In this document: in pieces, positions 15,281-27,507 of the stretch | How positions within the stretch are numbered: position 1 is the first letter of the stretch | Layout of the letters: the number at the start of each line of letters is the position of its first letter | NCBI GenBank assembly: GCA_964016885.1 | Contig: OZ024742.1 | Location: 370,326,001 to 370,390,000, forward strand | DNA length: 64,000 bases | DNA from: Eledone cirrhosa | Lineage: Eukaryota | Direction: 5' to 3' | The notes under the pieces: model-generated | Database searches by the model: none | What the model was told of the DNA's origin: nothing | Seen by the model: only the letters and a program-made list of their open reading frames with translations | Position numbers and translations under genes: made by a program

Positions 15281-18200
15281 TGTAACCTAGGTAGACAGGT
15301 CCTGTAACCTAGGTAGACAGGTCCTGTAGCCTAGGTAGACAGGTCCTGTAGCCTAGGTAGACAGGTCCTGTAGCCTAGGTAGACAGGTCGTGTAACCTAG
15401 GTAGACAGGTCCTGTAGCCTAGGTAGACAGGTCCTGTAGCCTAGGTAGACAGGTCCTGTAACCTAGGTAGACAGGTCGTGTAGCCTAGGTAGACAGGTCC
15501 TGTAACCTAGGTAGACAGGTCCTGTAACCTAGGTAGACAGGTCCTGTAACCTAGGTAGACAGGTCCTGTAACCTAGGTAGACAGGTCCTGTAGCCTAGGT
15601 AGACAGGTCCTGTAGCCTAGGTAGACAGGTCCTGTAACCTAGGTAGACAGGTCGTGTAACCTAGGTAGACAGGTCCTGTAGCCTAGGTAGACAGGTCCTG
15701 TAACCTAGGTAGACAGGTCCTGTAACCTAGGTAGACAGGTCGTGTAGCCTAGGTAGACAGGTCGTGTAGCCTAGGTAGACAGGTCGTGTAGCCTAGGTAG
15801 ACAGGTCGTGTAGCCTAGGTAGACAGGTCGTGTAGCCTAGGTAGACAGGTCCTGTAACCTAGGTAGACAGGTCGTGTAACCTAGGTAGACAGGTCCTGTA
15901 ACCTAGGTAGACAGGTCCTGTAACCTAGGTAGACAGGTCCTGTAACCTAGGTAGACAGGTCCTGTAACCTAGGTAGACAGGTCCTGTAGCCTAGGTAGAC
16001 AGGTCGTGTAGCCTAGGTAGACAGGTCGTGTAGCCTAGGTAGACAGGTCCTGTAGCCTAGGTAGACAGGTCCTGTAGCCTAGGTAGACAGGTCCTGTAGC
16101 CTAGGTAGACAGGTCGTGTAACCTAGGTAGACAGGTCCTGTAACCTAGGTAGACAGGTCCTGTAGCCTAGGTAGACAGGTCCTGTAGCCTAGGTAGACAG
16201 GTCCTGTAACCTAGGTAGACAGGTCCTGTAACCTAGGTAGACAGGTCCTGTAGCCTAGGTAGACAGGTCCTGTAACCTAGGTAGACAGGTCGTGTAGCCT
16301 AGGTAGACAGGTCGTGTAGCCTAGGTAGACAGGTCCTGTAACCTAGGTAGACAGGTCCTGTAACCTAGGTAGACAGGTCCTGTAACCTAGGTAGACAGGT
16401 CCTGTAACCTAGGTAGACAGGTCGTGTAACCTAGGTAGACAGGTCCTGTAGCCTAGGTAGACAGGTCCTGTAACCTAGGTAGACAGGTCCTGTAACCTAG
16501 GTAGACAGGTCCTGTAACCTAGGTAGACAGGTCCTGTAACCTAGGTAGACAGGTCGTGTAGCCTAGGTAGACAGGTCGTGTAGCCTAGGTAGACAGGTCC
16601 TGTAACCTAGGTAGACAGGTCCTGTAGCCTAGGTAGACAGGTCGTGTAGCCTAGGTAGACAGGTCGTGTAGCCTAGGTAGACAGGTCCTGTAGCCTAGGT
16701 AGACAGGTCCTGTAACCTAGGTAGACAGGTCGTGTAGCCTAGGTAGACAGGTCCTGTAACCTAGGTAGACAGGTCGTGTAACCTAGGTAGACAGGTCCTG
16801 TAACCTAGGTAGACAGGTCCTGTAGCCTAGGTAGACAGGTCCTGTAACCTAGGTAGACAGGTCCTGTAACCTAGGTAGACAGGTCCTGTAACCTAGGTAG
16901 ACAGGTCCTGTAGCCTAGGTAGACAGGTCCTGTAGCCTAGGTAGACAGGTCGTGTAGCCTAGGTAGACAGGTCCTGTAGCCTAGGTAGACAGGTCCTGTA
17001 GCCTAGGTAGACAGGTCCTGTAACCTAGGTAGACAGGTCGTGTAACCTAGGTAGACAGGTCCTGTAACCTAGGTAGACAGGTCCTGTAACCTAGGTAGAC
17101 AGGTCCTGTAACCTAGGTAGACAGGTCCTGTAGCCTAGGTAGACAGGTCGTGTAGCCTAGGTAGACAGGTCGTGTAGCCTAGGTAGACAGGTCGTGTAGC
17201 CTAGGTAGACAGGTCCTGTAACCTAGGTAGACAGGTCCTGTAGCCTAGGTAGACAGGTCCTGTAACCTAGGTAGACGGGTCCTGTAGCCTAGGTAGACAG
17301 GTCGTGTAACCTAGGTAGACAGGTGCTGTAACCTAGGTAGACAGGTCCTGTAGCCTAGGTAGACAGGTCCTGTAGCCTAGGTAGACAGGTCCTGTAACCT
17401 AGGTAGACAGGTCCTGTAGCCTAGGTAGACAGGTCGTGTAACCTAGGTAGACAGGTCCTGTAACCTAGGTAGACAGGTCGTGTAACCTAGGTAGACAGGT
17501 CCTGTAGCCTAGGTAGACAGGTCGTGTAACCTAGGTAGACAGGTCCTGTAACCTAGGTAGACAGGTCCTGTAACCTAGGTAGACAGGTCCTGTAGCCTAG
17601 GTAGACAGGTCGTGTAACCTAGGTAGACAGGTCCTGTAACCTAGGTAGACAGGTCCTGTAGCCTAGGTAGACAGGTCCTGTAACCTAGGTAGACGGGTCC
17701 TGTAACCTAGGTAGACGGGTCCTGTAACCTAGGTAGACGGGTCCTGTAGCCTAGGTAGACAGGTCCTGTAACCTAGGTAGACAGGTCCTGTAGCCTAGGT
17801 AGACAGGTCCTGTAGCCTAGGTAGACGGGTCCTGTAGCCTAGGTAGACGGGTCCTGTAGCCTAGGTAGACGGGTCCTGTAGCCTAGGTAGACGGGTCCTG
17901 TAGCCTAGGTAGACGGGTCCTGTAGCCTAGGTAGACGGGTCCTGTAGCCTAGGTAGACGGGTCCTGTAGCCTAGGTAGACGGGTCCTGTAGCCTAGGTAG
18001 ACGGGTCCTGTAGCCTAGGTAGACAGGTCCTGTAACCTAGGTAGACGGGTCCTGTAGCCTAGGTAGACGGGTCCTGTAGCCTAGGTAGACGGGTCCTGTA
18101 GCCTAGGTAGACAGGTCCTGTAACCTAGGTAGACGGGTCCTGTAGCCTAGGTAGACGGGTCCTGTAGCCTAGGTAGACGGGTCCTGTAGCCTAGGTAGAC

Positions 18201-21158
18201 GGGTCCTGTAGCCTAGGTAGACGGGTCCTGTAGCCTAGGTAGACGGGTCCTGTAGCCTAGGTAGACGGGTCCTGTAGCCTAGGTAGACAGGTCCTGTAGC
18301 CTAGGTAGACAGGTCGTGTAACCTAGGTAGACAGGTCGTGTAACCTAGGTAGACAGGTCGTGTAACCTAGGTAGACAGGTCCTGTAACCTAGGTAGACAG
18401 GTCGTGTAACCTAGGTAGACAGGTCCTGTAGCCTAGGTAGACAGGTCCTCTAGCCTAGGTAGACAGGTCCTGTAGCCTAGGTAGACAGGTCCTGTAGCCT
18501 AGGTAGACAGGTCCTGTAGCCTAGGTAGACAGGTCCTGTAACCTAGGTAGACAGGTCCTGTAGCCTAGGTAGACAGGTCGTGTAACCTAGGTAGACAGGT
18601 CGTGTAACCTAGGTAGACAGGTCGTGTAACCTAGGTAGACAGGTCCTGTAACCTAGGTAGACAGGTCCTGTAACCTAGGTAGACAGGTCCTGTAGCCTAG
18701 GTAGACAGGTCGTGTAACCTAGGTAGACAGGTCGTGTAACCTAGGTAGACAGGTCGTGTAACCTAGGTAGACAGGTCCTGTAGCCTAGGTAGACAGGTCC
18801 TGTAACCTAGGTAGACGGGTCCTGTAGCCTAGGTAGACAGGTCCTGTAACCTAGGTAGACAGGTCCTGTAGCCTAGGTAGACAGGTCGTGTAACCTAGGT
18901 AGACAGGTCGTGTAACCTAGGTAGACAGGTCGTGTAACCTAGGTAGACAGGTCCTGTAACCTAGGTAGACGGGTCCTGTAGCCTAGGTAGACAGGTCCTG
19001 TAACCTAGGTAGACAGGTCCTGTAGCCTAGGTAGACAGGTCGTGTAACCTAGGTAGACAGGTCGTGTAACCTAGGTAGACAGGTCCTGTAGCCTAGGTAG
19101 ACAGGTCCTGTAGCCTAGGTAGACAGGTCGTGTAACCTAGGTAGACAGGTCGTGTAACCTAGGTAGACAGGTCGTGTAACCTAGGTAGACAGGTCCTGTA
19201 ACCTAGGTAGACGGGTCCTGTAGCCTAGGTAGACAGGTCCTGTAACCTAGGTAGACGGGTCCTGTAGCCTAGGTAGACAGGTCCTGTAACCTAGGTAGAC
19301 AGGTCGTGTAACCTAGGTAGACAGGTCGTGTAACCTAGGTAGACAGGTCCTGTAACCTAGGTAGACGGGTCCTGTAGCCTAGGTAGACAGGTCCTGTAAC
19401 CTAGGTAGACAGGTCCTGTAGCCTAGGTAGACAGGTCGTGTAACCTAGGTAGACAGGTCCTGTAGCCTAGGTAGACAGGTCCTGTAACCTAGGTAGACGG
19501 GTCCTGTAGCCTAGGTAGACGGGTCCTGTAGCCTAGGTAGACGGGTCCTGTAGCCTAGGTAGACAGGTCCTGTAGCCTAGGTAGACAGGTCCTGTAACCT
19601 AGGTAGACAGGTCCTGTAGCCTAGGTAGACAGGTCCTGTAACCTAGGTAGACAGGTCCTGTAACCTAGGTAGACAGGTCCTGTAACCTAGGTAGACAGGT
19701 CCTGTAACCTAGGTAGACGGGTCCTGTAGCCTAGGTAGACGGGTCCTGTAGCCTAGGTAGACAGGTCCTGTAACCTAGGTAGACAGGTCCTGTAACCTAG
19801 GTAGACAGGTCGTGTAACCTAGGTAGACGGGTCCTGTAGCCTAGGTAGACGGGTCCTGTAGCCTAGGTAGACAGGTCCTGTAGCCTAGGTAGACAGGTCC
19901 TGTAGCCTAGGTAGACAGGTCGTGTAACCTACGTAGACAGGTCCTGTAACCTAGGTAGACAGGTCCTGTAGCCTAGGTAGACAGGTCCTGTAACCTAGGT
20001 AGACAGGTCCTGTAACCTAGGTAGACAGGTCGTGTAACCTAGGTAGACAGGTCCTGTAGCCTAGGTAGACAGGTCCTGTAACCTAGGTAGACAGGTCCTG
20101 TAACCTAGGTAGACAGGTCCTGTAACCTAGGTACACAGGTCCTGTAACCTAGGTAGACAGGTCCTGTAACCTAGGTAGACAGGTCCTGTAACCTAGGTAG
20201 ACAGGTCCTGTAGCCTAGGTAGACAGGTCCTGTAACCTAGGTAGACAGGTCCTGTAACCTAGGTAGACAGGTCCTGTAACCTAGGTAGACAGGTCCTGTA
20301 ACCTAGGTAGACAGGTCCTGTAACCTAGGTAGACAGGTCCTGTAACCTAGGTAGACAGGTCCTGTAACCTAGGTAGACAGGTCCTGTAACCTAGGTAGAC
20401 AGGTCCTGTAGCCTAGGTAGACAGGTCCTGTAACCTAGGTAGACAGGTCGTGTAACCTAGGTAGACAGGTCCTGTAACCTAGGTAGACAGGTCGTGTAAC
20501 CTAGGTAGACAGGTCCTGTAACCTAGGTAGACAGGTCCTGTAACCTAGGTAGACAGGTCCTGTAGCCTAGGTAGACAGGTCCTGTAACCTAGGTAGACAG
20601 GTCCTGTAGCCTAGGTAGACAGGTCGTGTAACCTAGGTAGACAGGTCCTGTAGCCTAGGTAGACAGGTCCTGTAACCTAGGTAGACAGGTCCTGTAACCT
20701 AGGTAGACAGGTCCTGTAACCTAGGTAGACAGGTCCTGTAGCCTAGGTAGACAGGTCGTGTAACCTAGGTAGACAGGTCCTGTAACCTAGGTAGACAGGT
20801 CGTGTAACCTAGGTAGACAGGTCCTGTAACCTAGGTAGACAGGTCCTGTAACCTAGGTAGACAGGTCCTGTAACCTAGGTAGACAGGTCGTGTAGCCTAG
20901 GTAGACAGGTCGTGTAGCCTAGGTAGACAGGTCGTGTAGCCTAGGTAGACAGGTCGTGTAGCCTAGGTAGACAGGTCGTGTAGCCTAGGTAGACAGGTCC
21001 TGTAGCCTAGGTAGACAGGTCCTGTAACCTAGGTAGACAGGTCCTGTAGCCTAGGTAGACAGGTCCTGTAGCCTAGGTAGACAGGTCCTGTAACCTAGGT
21101 AGACAGGTCCTGTAACCTAGGTAGACAGGTCGTGTAGCCTAGGTAGACAGGTCGTGTA
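15281..21158. repeat. 22-bp minisatellite, ~267 copies: TGTA(A/G)CCTAGGTAGAC(A/G)GGTC(C/G)
   Basis: Period 22 (15301 and 15323). Variation is almost entirely at three biallelic sites. Confidence 0.98.
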
Positions 21159-21260
21159 ATTTAGGGGAATGCGGGGGGGGTGAAAGTCGATTAAATCGAT
21201 CGCAGGTAGTTTAATTTACCGCCACCAGCCAGAAGGATGAAAGGTAAAGTCTTCCTCGAT
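21140..21260 (-). mobile_element. Decayed SINE-like fragment continuous with the last 22-bp monomer
   Basis: ...GTGTAATTTAGGGG..AGTCGATTAAATCGA..GAAGGATGAAAGGTAAAGTC..CTCG. Reverse complement of the ACTTTACCTTTCATCC-type motif also seen at ~24895-24915. Confidence 0.5.
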
Positions 21261-21365
21261 AAAGACATGATGAAGTAACTAAACAGTAACATTATTTATA
21301 AAACTGTGAAGTTGAGAAAATAAAATATTTCCATATAAGTGTGAGAAAATAATGTGAAAACATAC

Positions 21366-21781
21366 CTGAGAGACTTGACAGCGAAGTATATGACCACGAT
21401 AGAGGTAATAGCTATCAATACATACAATGTCCTGAGAAGCATACCCTTGTTTTTTTGAATTTGGTCAACAATATGATGATAACTGGACGTATGGCTATTG
21501 GTAGTTGTGCCATTGTTGCATGAAGACGAATTATTAGATGATGGAGAACAGCTGGTAGATGCTGGTAGATTCAACGTGGAAGATGATGTTTTTAAAGTTG
21601 TTGATGATGTTGTTGTTGTTGATGGTATTAAAATTGGTAACAATTTATTTGTACGGACCACTTTCTCCAATTTCAATCCACTCACAGATATCGAACTATC
21701 GGCCACGAATATTGCAGACAGGATCAAAGAGACCGACCAAATCGAAGAGAAGCAAATATTATTTGGTAATAATGCATACAT
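21366..21781 (-). CDS. FAM174: First coding exon of a FAM174/TMEM157 (DUF1180)-like type I membrane protein
   Basis: Kozak-like GCCACGATG start; hydrophobic signal-like N-terminus; Ser/Thr/Asn-rich stalk; then [30 protein letters not shown], resembling the FAM174A transmembrane segment. Strong donor CAG|GTATGT at 21366/21365 (phase 2). No downstream exon recognised in the window. Confidence 0.8.
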
Positions 21782-21791
21782 CGTGGCAATA

Positions 21792-21792
<1 letters not shown>

Positions 21793-21878
<86 letters not shown>

Positions 21879-21955
21879 ATATATATATATATAAATGTAT
21901 ATATGTGTGTATGTATGTATATATATATATAAATGTATATATCTATATATATATG
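21793..21955. repeat. (GT)n/(TA)n microsatellite 12 bp upstream of the FAM174-like ATG
   Basis: Direct reading. Confidence 0.9.
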
Positions 21956-22979
21956 ATATAGGTGAATTTATAGATATTGTTTAATTAAATAATTGTGATG
22001 TCTTTGAACAAGTTTCTGTTGTTTTAAGAAGTGCTGTTCTTTTTCCAATAGATGTCTCGATAATATAGAATCCTCAAACTTTGATGTATTTATCCAAAAC
22101 AAGGTCCAATCAATTGATCAATAATGTTAATATTGATTTCTTGTATAAGGCTCAAATAAATAAAAGGCACCACATCTATAAAAGAAAGAAGTAAAATGAG
22201 ACAATATTTCCAGACAAGGATTACTGAAAGTTGCAGACTTCCTGGTTCTTGTTAATATAGACATTAATATATACATATTGTATACATATACATTAATTGT
22301 ACACTATTACACACACAATAAGTATCTTTAGCAATAATTTAACATAGTAATAATTATTATTGTAAAGAAAATAAATTGAACTTATTACCAGCAATAGAAC
22401 CCTGAAAAATGGTAAAATTATAACAAAATATTATTATAGACGTGTTTGTATGTATTCTTTACTACTAATTAACTAGAGTGAATGTGCGTAATGTAATATA
22501 TACCATGTGTGTGTATATATATATATATATATAATGTATATGTATGTACGTGTGTATGTGTATGTATGTACGTGTGTATGTATGTATGTACGTGTGTGTG
22601 TGTGTATGTATGTATGTACGTGTATGGGGGTGTATATGTGTATATATGAATGTATCTATGTATGTATATATGTGCATGTATATATGTGCATGTATATACA
22701 TATGTAGTGTGCGACTGTTTTACAAATATATATACATATAAAAATAATTCACCTTATGCATTTCTTTGTTTCTTCATGTAACATCTTAAACAGTATTTAA
22801 ATATTAAACCTTAATTAAAAACAAAACTAATAGTAATACTAATAATAATATATTTAAAAAATATCTACATATATAAATGTCTAATAGCGATTGAGAGGAA
22901 TTAGAGAAGTAAATACACAACTGGTTAAAATCATAGCTGTTTTGTTCTCCACCACCATATACATACTTATATACTATAT

Positions 22980-23640
22980 ATTACTCTGTCTTTCTCTAAT
23001 ATTCTCTCTCTTAGTCTTACCCTCTTTAATATTTCCTCCCTCTTCTACTTTTTCTCTCTTTCCTCCTTTTTTTATTTATTCCCACTATTCCTCTCGTTAT
23101 TAATCCCCCTCTCTCTTTCTTTTGCACCTTTCCTTTTCACTCTCTTTATTCTTACTCCCACTATTCCTCTCATTATTAATCCCCTCTCTCTTTCATCTCT
23201 CTTTCTTTTGCACCTTTCGTTTTCATTCCCTTTATTCTTACTCTCACTATTCCTCTCATTATTAATCCCTCTCTCTTTCTTTTACTTTTTTCTTTTGCTC
23301 CTTTCCCTTACTCCTACTATCCTCTCATTATTACTATCTCTTTCTCTCTCTTTCACCCTTTTACTTTTAACTCCCACTCTCGCTCTAATTATTAATCTTT
23401 CTCTCTGCCTGTCACCACTTTACTCCCATTATCTCTATCATTATTATTAGTCTTTCTCTCTCTTTTGCGTCCTTCGTTTCACTCTCATTATTAATAACTG
23501 CTCTCTCTCTCTTTCCCAATAACAATAATCGATCTTTTTCTAATAGTTTATTTCTCTCTTTATTTTCACTCGTTGCCTTTCTTTCTTCTTACTAACTCAC
23601 TTTCTTCGTATTCTTGCATCTTCTCTCTCTCTCGTTCACT
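22980..23640. repeat. Pyrimidine-rich (CT) low-complexity tract with degenerate ~75-bp repeats (CCCACTATTCCTCTCATTATTAATCCC)
   Basis: The motif recurs at ~23081, ~23157 and ~23244. Confidence 0.65.
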
Positions 23641-23659
23641 CATTTACTTGCTCTTATCT

Positions 23660-23830
23660 CGTCATAGCGAGAATACAACGTGATCTAGAAAAAAAAAAGA
23701 CAGAAGCATGTTCGTCTTATTTCGGCAATTCTCGTCAATTTCCGGCGAAAGTATCCACCCACTTCCCGTTCCACGTTGTCTACTCAGTTCCACGTGAGTT
23801 ATTATTACATCTGACAACGACAGACAAAGC
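23660..23830 (-). promoter_or_regulatory. Candidate promoter/TSS region for the FAM174-like gene
   Basis: Local CpG enrichment in AT-rich DNA. ETS-like TTTCCGG (~23739) and ACTTCC (23761), TTCCACGT twice, and E-box CACGTG at 23791-23796, ~2 kb upstream of the ATG. Inference only. Confidence 0.35.
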
Positions 23831-24864
23831 CTTAGTTTCATTTTCTCTTTCTTTCACCATTAGCTTAGTTATTTTCGATCCTAAACTTATTCTTCCTGTT
23901 GCTATTATTATTAATATATATTTACACTGTTTATTTTGTGGTTATTGCTAACAGGCAACACCTGTTGACTAAAGATATGTTTAAATATAAATTACACATA
24001 TGTATTGAGGCCAAACACGCCGTTCGGTTTTAAACCACACACCTGCTCCTTTGAGAATCTTCGGTAATATCTCGAATCAAACACCTCACTCTTATGTTCA
24101 CGTTTAGCCCCTTCTTTCCTACTCTGCTGTATAAAATGTCTTCAGAAATAGAAAGTGGTAGGTCAGGGACTTAGTAAGCCCATTTCATAAGAAACAACAC
24201 ACTTGCTACTGAGACCATCCAAGGATCTCCAAATGTGCTGGACATCCCAAGGGTTTTATTGAAATAAATACCAAGTCTGATGCCGAAATTACCAGTTTTT
24301 AATAATTATAATTATTCATTCACAATAATATTGCAAATAAAATATTGTTGATAATCAATATGTGAAATTTTATTTTATTTTATATTATTTTTTGTTTAAC
24401 ATATTCCTCGTCCTATTAACTCTTTTTGCTTGCCAAATGTAACGAGTACTCAATACTTCCCCCTAGTCTATCATGGCTTAGTAGCTCTATACGGACGTAC
24501 AATTGAATAAATAAATAAACACATAAATACAATTAACTATTGCTAGGAACCTTGTATTTGTTATGTTTATCAACGACATATTTGTAAACAGATATTTATG
24601 TTATATATATATATATATATATATTATTTAATAAAGATTTAGTGAAGTGTGGTTCTGTTCCGTGTTCCAACCGACAGGCTGAGGTCATGCTGGGGTACTG
24701 ACATTTATGATTATTTTTTTTAGGTGTCTGGATTCTTTATTCCCAGTTTGTGACCTCAAGGATGTCGCCATGTCAACATGTCACCATCATCTGACTAACA
24801 TGACTAACTTATAAAAAAAAAATCACACTCGCAGTCACGCGCTTTATTATATACAGTCACCTAT

Positions 24865-24965
24865 CAATATGGTTCGAGTTCAAATACTTCTTAAGTCAAT
24901 TTTACCTTTCGTTCTCAGGGTTTGATGAAATAAAACAGTCAAGTACTGGTGTCAATATACAACTA
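24865..24965 (+). mobile_element. Decayed tRNA-derived SINE-like fragment
   Basis: GGTTCGAGTTCAAAT (B-box-like) followed by GTCAATTTTACCTTTCGTTCTCAGGGTTTGATGAAATAA..AGTCAAGTACTGG. Confidence 0.45.
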
Positions 24966-25433
24966 GGTATCCTCTCTTACCAAATGTATGGCCAGGTAGC
25001 AGGCCTGTCGACAGCTTTCGATGGTGGGGTGGGGGTTCCGAACATTCGGGGTGGACATTCTAATTAACAATAAGTCTAAAGCAGAGTTTCGGTATAAGTA
25101 TATCACTAAATTTAAATATGCAACCATTGAAAAATAACGATTGTTGTTGTTGTTGATGGTGGTGGGGTTGAGCGTTGCCAAGAATTCTCCCTCGTGACTG
25201 ACAGGCCACTACCCTACTAGTGTTAGAAGACTAGTAGTTCTTAAAGCAACAATGACAAAAGAAAAAAATGCTGCTTGTTCTACATGGAAGTGAGCTATGT
25301 CATAAAGTAGAGTTTCCTTTATTGTGTTGCTGATAACCTAAAGGTGTGTTGCTAAATTAGTGAAACCTAATCTAGTTTTACCAACATTTTAAGCTATTTT
25401 TGACGTATGACAACTCTGCATATATATATATAT

Positions 25434-26856
25434 GAATCAATGGCCGAGCTAGAGAAGAAATTCCAAACATGGAAGCACGGCCTAGAATCAAAAGGCCTTA
25501 AAATTAACCTGGCTAAGACTAAAGTTCTAGTTTGTAAGAAAGAAAATAAGGCGCCGGTCCCCTCCGGGAAATGGCCATGCTCAGTGTGGAGGAAAGGCGT
25601 AGGTAGAAACTCCATTTTATGTCCCAAATGCAAAGTATGGGTGCATAAAAGATGTAGTGGGATCACAGGTAAGCTAACTAAGAACACAGATTTTGCATGT
25701 GGCCGGTGCTCTTGTGCAATAAGTAGCAGCAAGTGCCCACAAAATACTAACTCTTTCAATTGCGCAGAGGATTCTATAGAAATAGTGGACAGCTTCCGTT
25801 ACCTGGGTGACAAAATCAGCAGTGAGGGAGGGTGCTCTGAAAGTACAGTAGCTAGAGTCAGAACTGGATGGAAAAAGTTCAGAGAGCTTATACCACTATT
25901 AGCCGCTAAAGGGTTCTCCCTAAAAACGAAAGGCAGGTTGTATGATGCCTGCATACGAACAGCAATGTTGCATGGCAGTGAGACCTGGGCATTGTGTGCA
26001 GAGGATATACGCAGACTAGAGAGGAACGAAGCTTGCATGCTCCGCTGGATGTGTAATAGTAATATACGTGAACGGCAAAGCATAAACGAACTAAGGAAAA
26101 AATTAGAAATAAGAGGGATCAGATGTTGTTTACTCGAGAGAAGACTACGTTGGTATGGTCACGTGATGCGCATGAAAGACGACAGCTGTATAACAAAGTG
26201 CAGGGCAATAAAGATAGATGGTAGCCACGGAGTAGGCAGACCCAGGAAAACCTGGGACGAACTGATAAATTCCGACCTCACACACTTACACCTCTCCAAG
26301 ACAATGTCACTGGACCAAGACCTTTGGCGGTACTCAGTAACAGAGAAGACCCGCCTTACCTAAATACAAAGTAAAACCTACTAGTCAGTAGGCATCTCTA
26401 ACAAAATACACCCCCGTCCCACCACCCCCACCCCATCCACACCGCCCCCTTCAATGCAAAGTTATGTTGGTGCCACAACATCCAGGCCGAAACAAACGAG
26501 ATCGTGTAGGTGTCACGACAAAAAAACACACAGTCCACGCTGTAATGTGGCCGTGTAGGCAACACGGTAAAAACCTCCCAGTCCCACACTGTAAATGTGG
26601 TTGGTGTTAGGAAGGGCATACAGCTGTAGAAAACCCGCCAGACAGTCCACGCTGTAATGTGGCCGTGTAGGCAACACGGTAAAAACCTCCCAGCCCCACA
26701 CTGTAAATGTGGTTGGTGTTAGGAAGGGCATCCAGCTGTAGAAAACCCGCCAGACAGTCCTATGCGAGCAAGACAACCACTCTTCCCTCAAGTGGGAAAA
26801 CCCCCGTCCAAACACATGCAAGCGTGGAACAGGGACGTTAAACGATGATGATGATG

Positions 26857-26858
<2 letters not shown>
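25434..26858 (+). mobile_element. 5'-truncated RTE-clade LINE: end of RT, PHD-like finger, C-terminus, 3'UTR and (GAT)n tail, inserted in (TA)n
   Basis: ORF with GLKINLAKTKV, FRYLG, MLHGSETW, RRLRWYGHVMR and GRPRKTW (RTE hallmarks), stop at 26363. 3'UTR ends GACGTTAAAC(GAT)5. TA runs on both sides. Confidence 0.92.
26530..26760 (+). repeat. 112-bp tandem duplication within the RTE 3'UTR
   Basis: CAGTCC recurs at 26531, 26643 and 26755, with two near-identical units between. Confidence 0.9.
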
Positions 26859-26950
<92 letters not shown>

Positions 26951-27099
26951 CACACACACATGATATAATTTATTTCAAGGTTTATTTAATGTGTCATGAA
27001 AAATATATATTTATAAAAAGTGTGTCACTAATGTGGAGAATTTGGAAAGCTGTGACATAGGAAAGATTCTTCTTCCTGCTCTTGCTCAACGGGGTCATC

Positions 27100-27500
27100 C
27101 TAAGCCAGCAATCCCAGAAGCATCATCATATGTAGGGCGACCAGGTTCACCAGCGCCCTCCATTGCTGGTTGTCCCATGCCATCTCTGCATCCTCCAAGG
27201 TGAACTCAAGCCTCCAGAGATCTTCCCTGATGACATCCAGCCATCTGGTGCAGGCCCTCTTCCAGCCTGTGTCGAACAAGAGTAAGGTCCTGGTAGGATA
27301 ATCTGGTGGAAAGCGGAGGACATGTCCGTACCAGCGCATACGGCAGGAAGCTATGAAGTGGGAAGCTGTACACATCAGCCCACCTCATAGCTAAAGGACA
27401 GATAAGTAACCCAAATGGAGAGACTGGTGTGAGATACTGGTCAATTCCATTCGGAACAAATAATATGATAGTGGAATATTGCAGTGTGTAGGGCTGTAAG
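27100..27500 (-). mobile_element. Decayed 3' end of an RTE-like LINE (different family)
   Basis: RMRWYGHVLRFPPDYPTR...TRWLDVIREDL...WRALV followed by an (ATG)n-like tail. Confidence 0.75.
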
Positions 27501-27507
27501 TAGACAC

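Noticed and set aside
15281-21158. CRISPR-like array
   Set aside because: Head-to-tail repeats with no unique spacers, no cas genes, and a eukaryotic context. The same applies to the 41-, 48- and 60-bp arrays.
21296-21365. C-terminal extension of the 161-aa ORF (YVFTLFSH...)
   Set aside because: Lies beyond the strong GTATGT donor and is read-through into the intron.
21498-21932. Plus-strand ORFs of 144 and 111 aa
   Set aside because: Antisense shadows of the FAM174-like exon plus microsatellite.
22745-22760. Possible 5'UTR exon donor AAG|GTGAAT on the minus strand
   Set aside because: No confident acceptor and no transcript evidence; could occur by chance.
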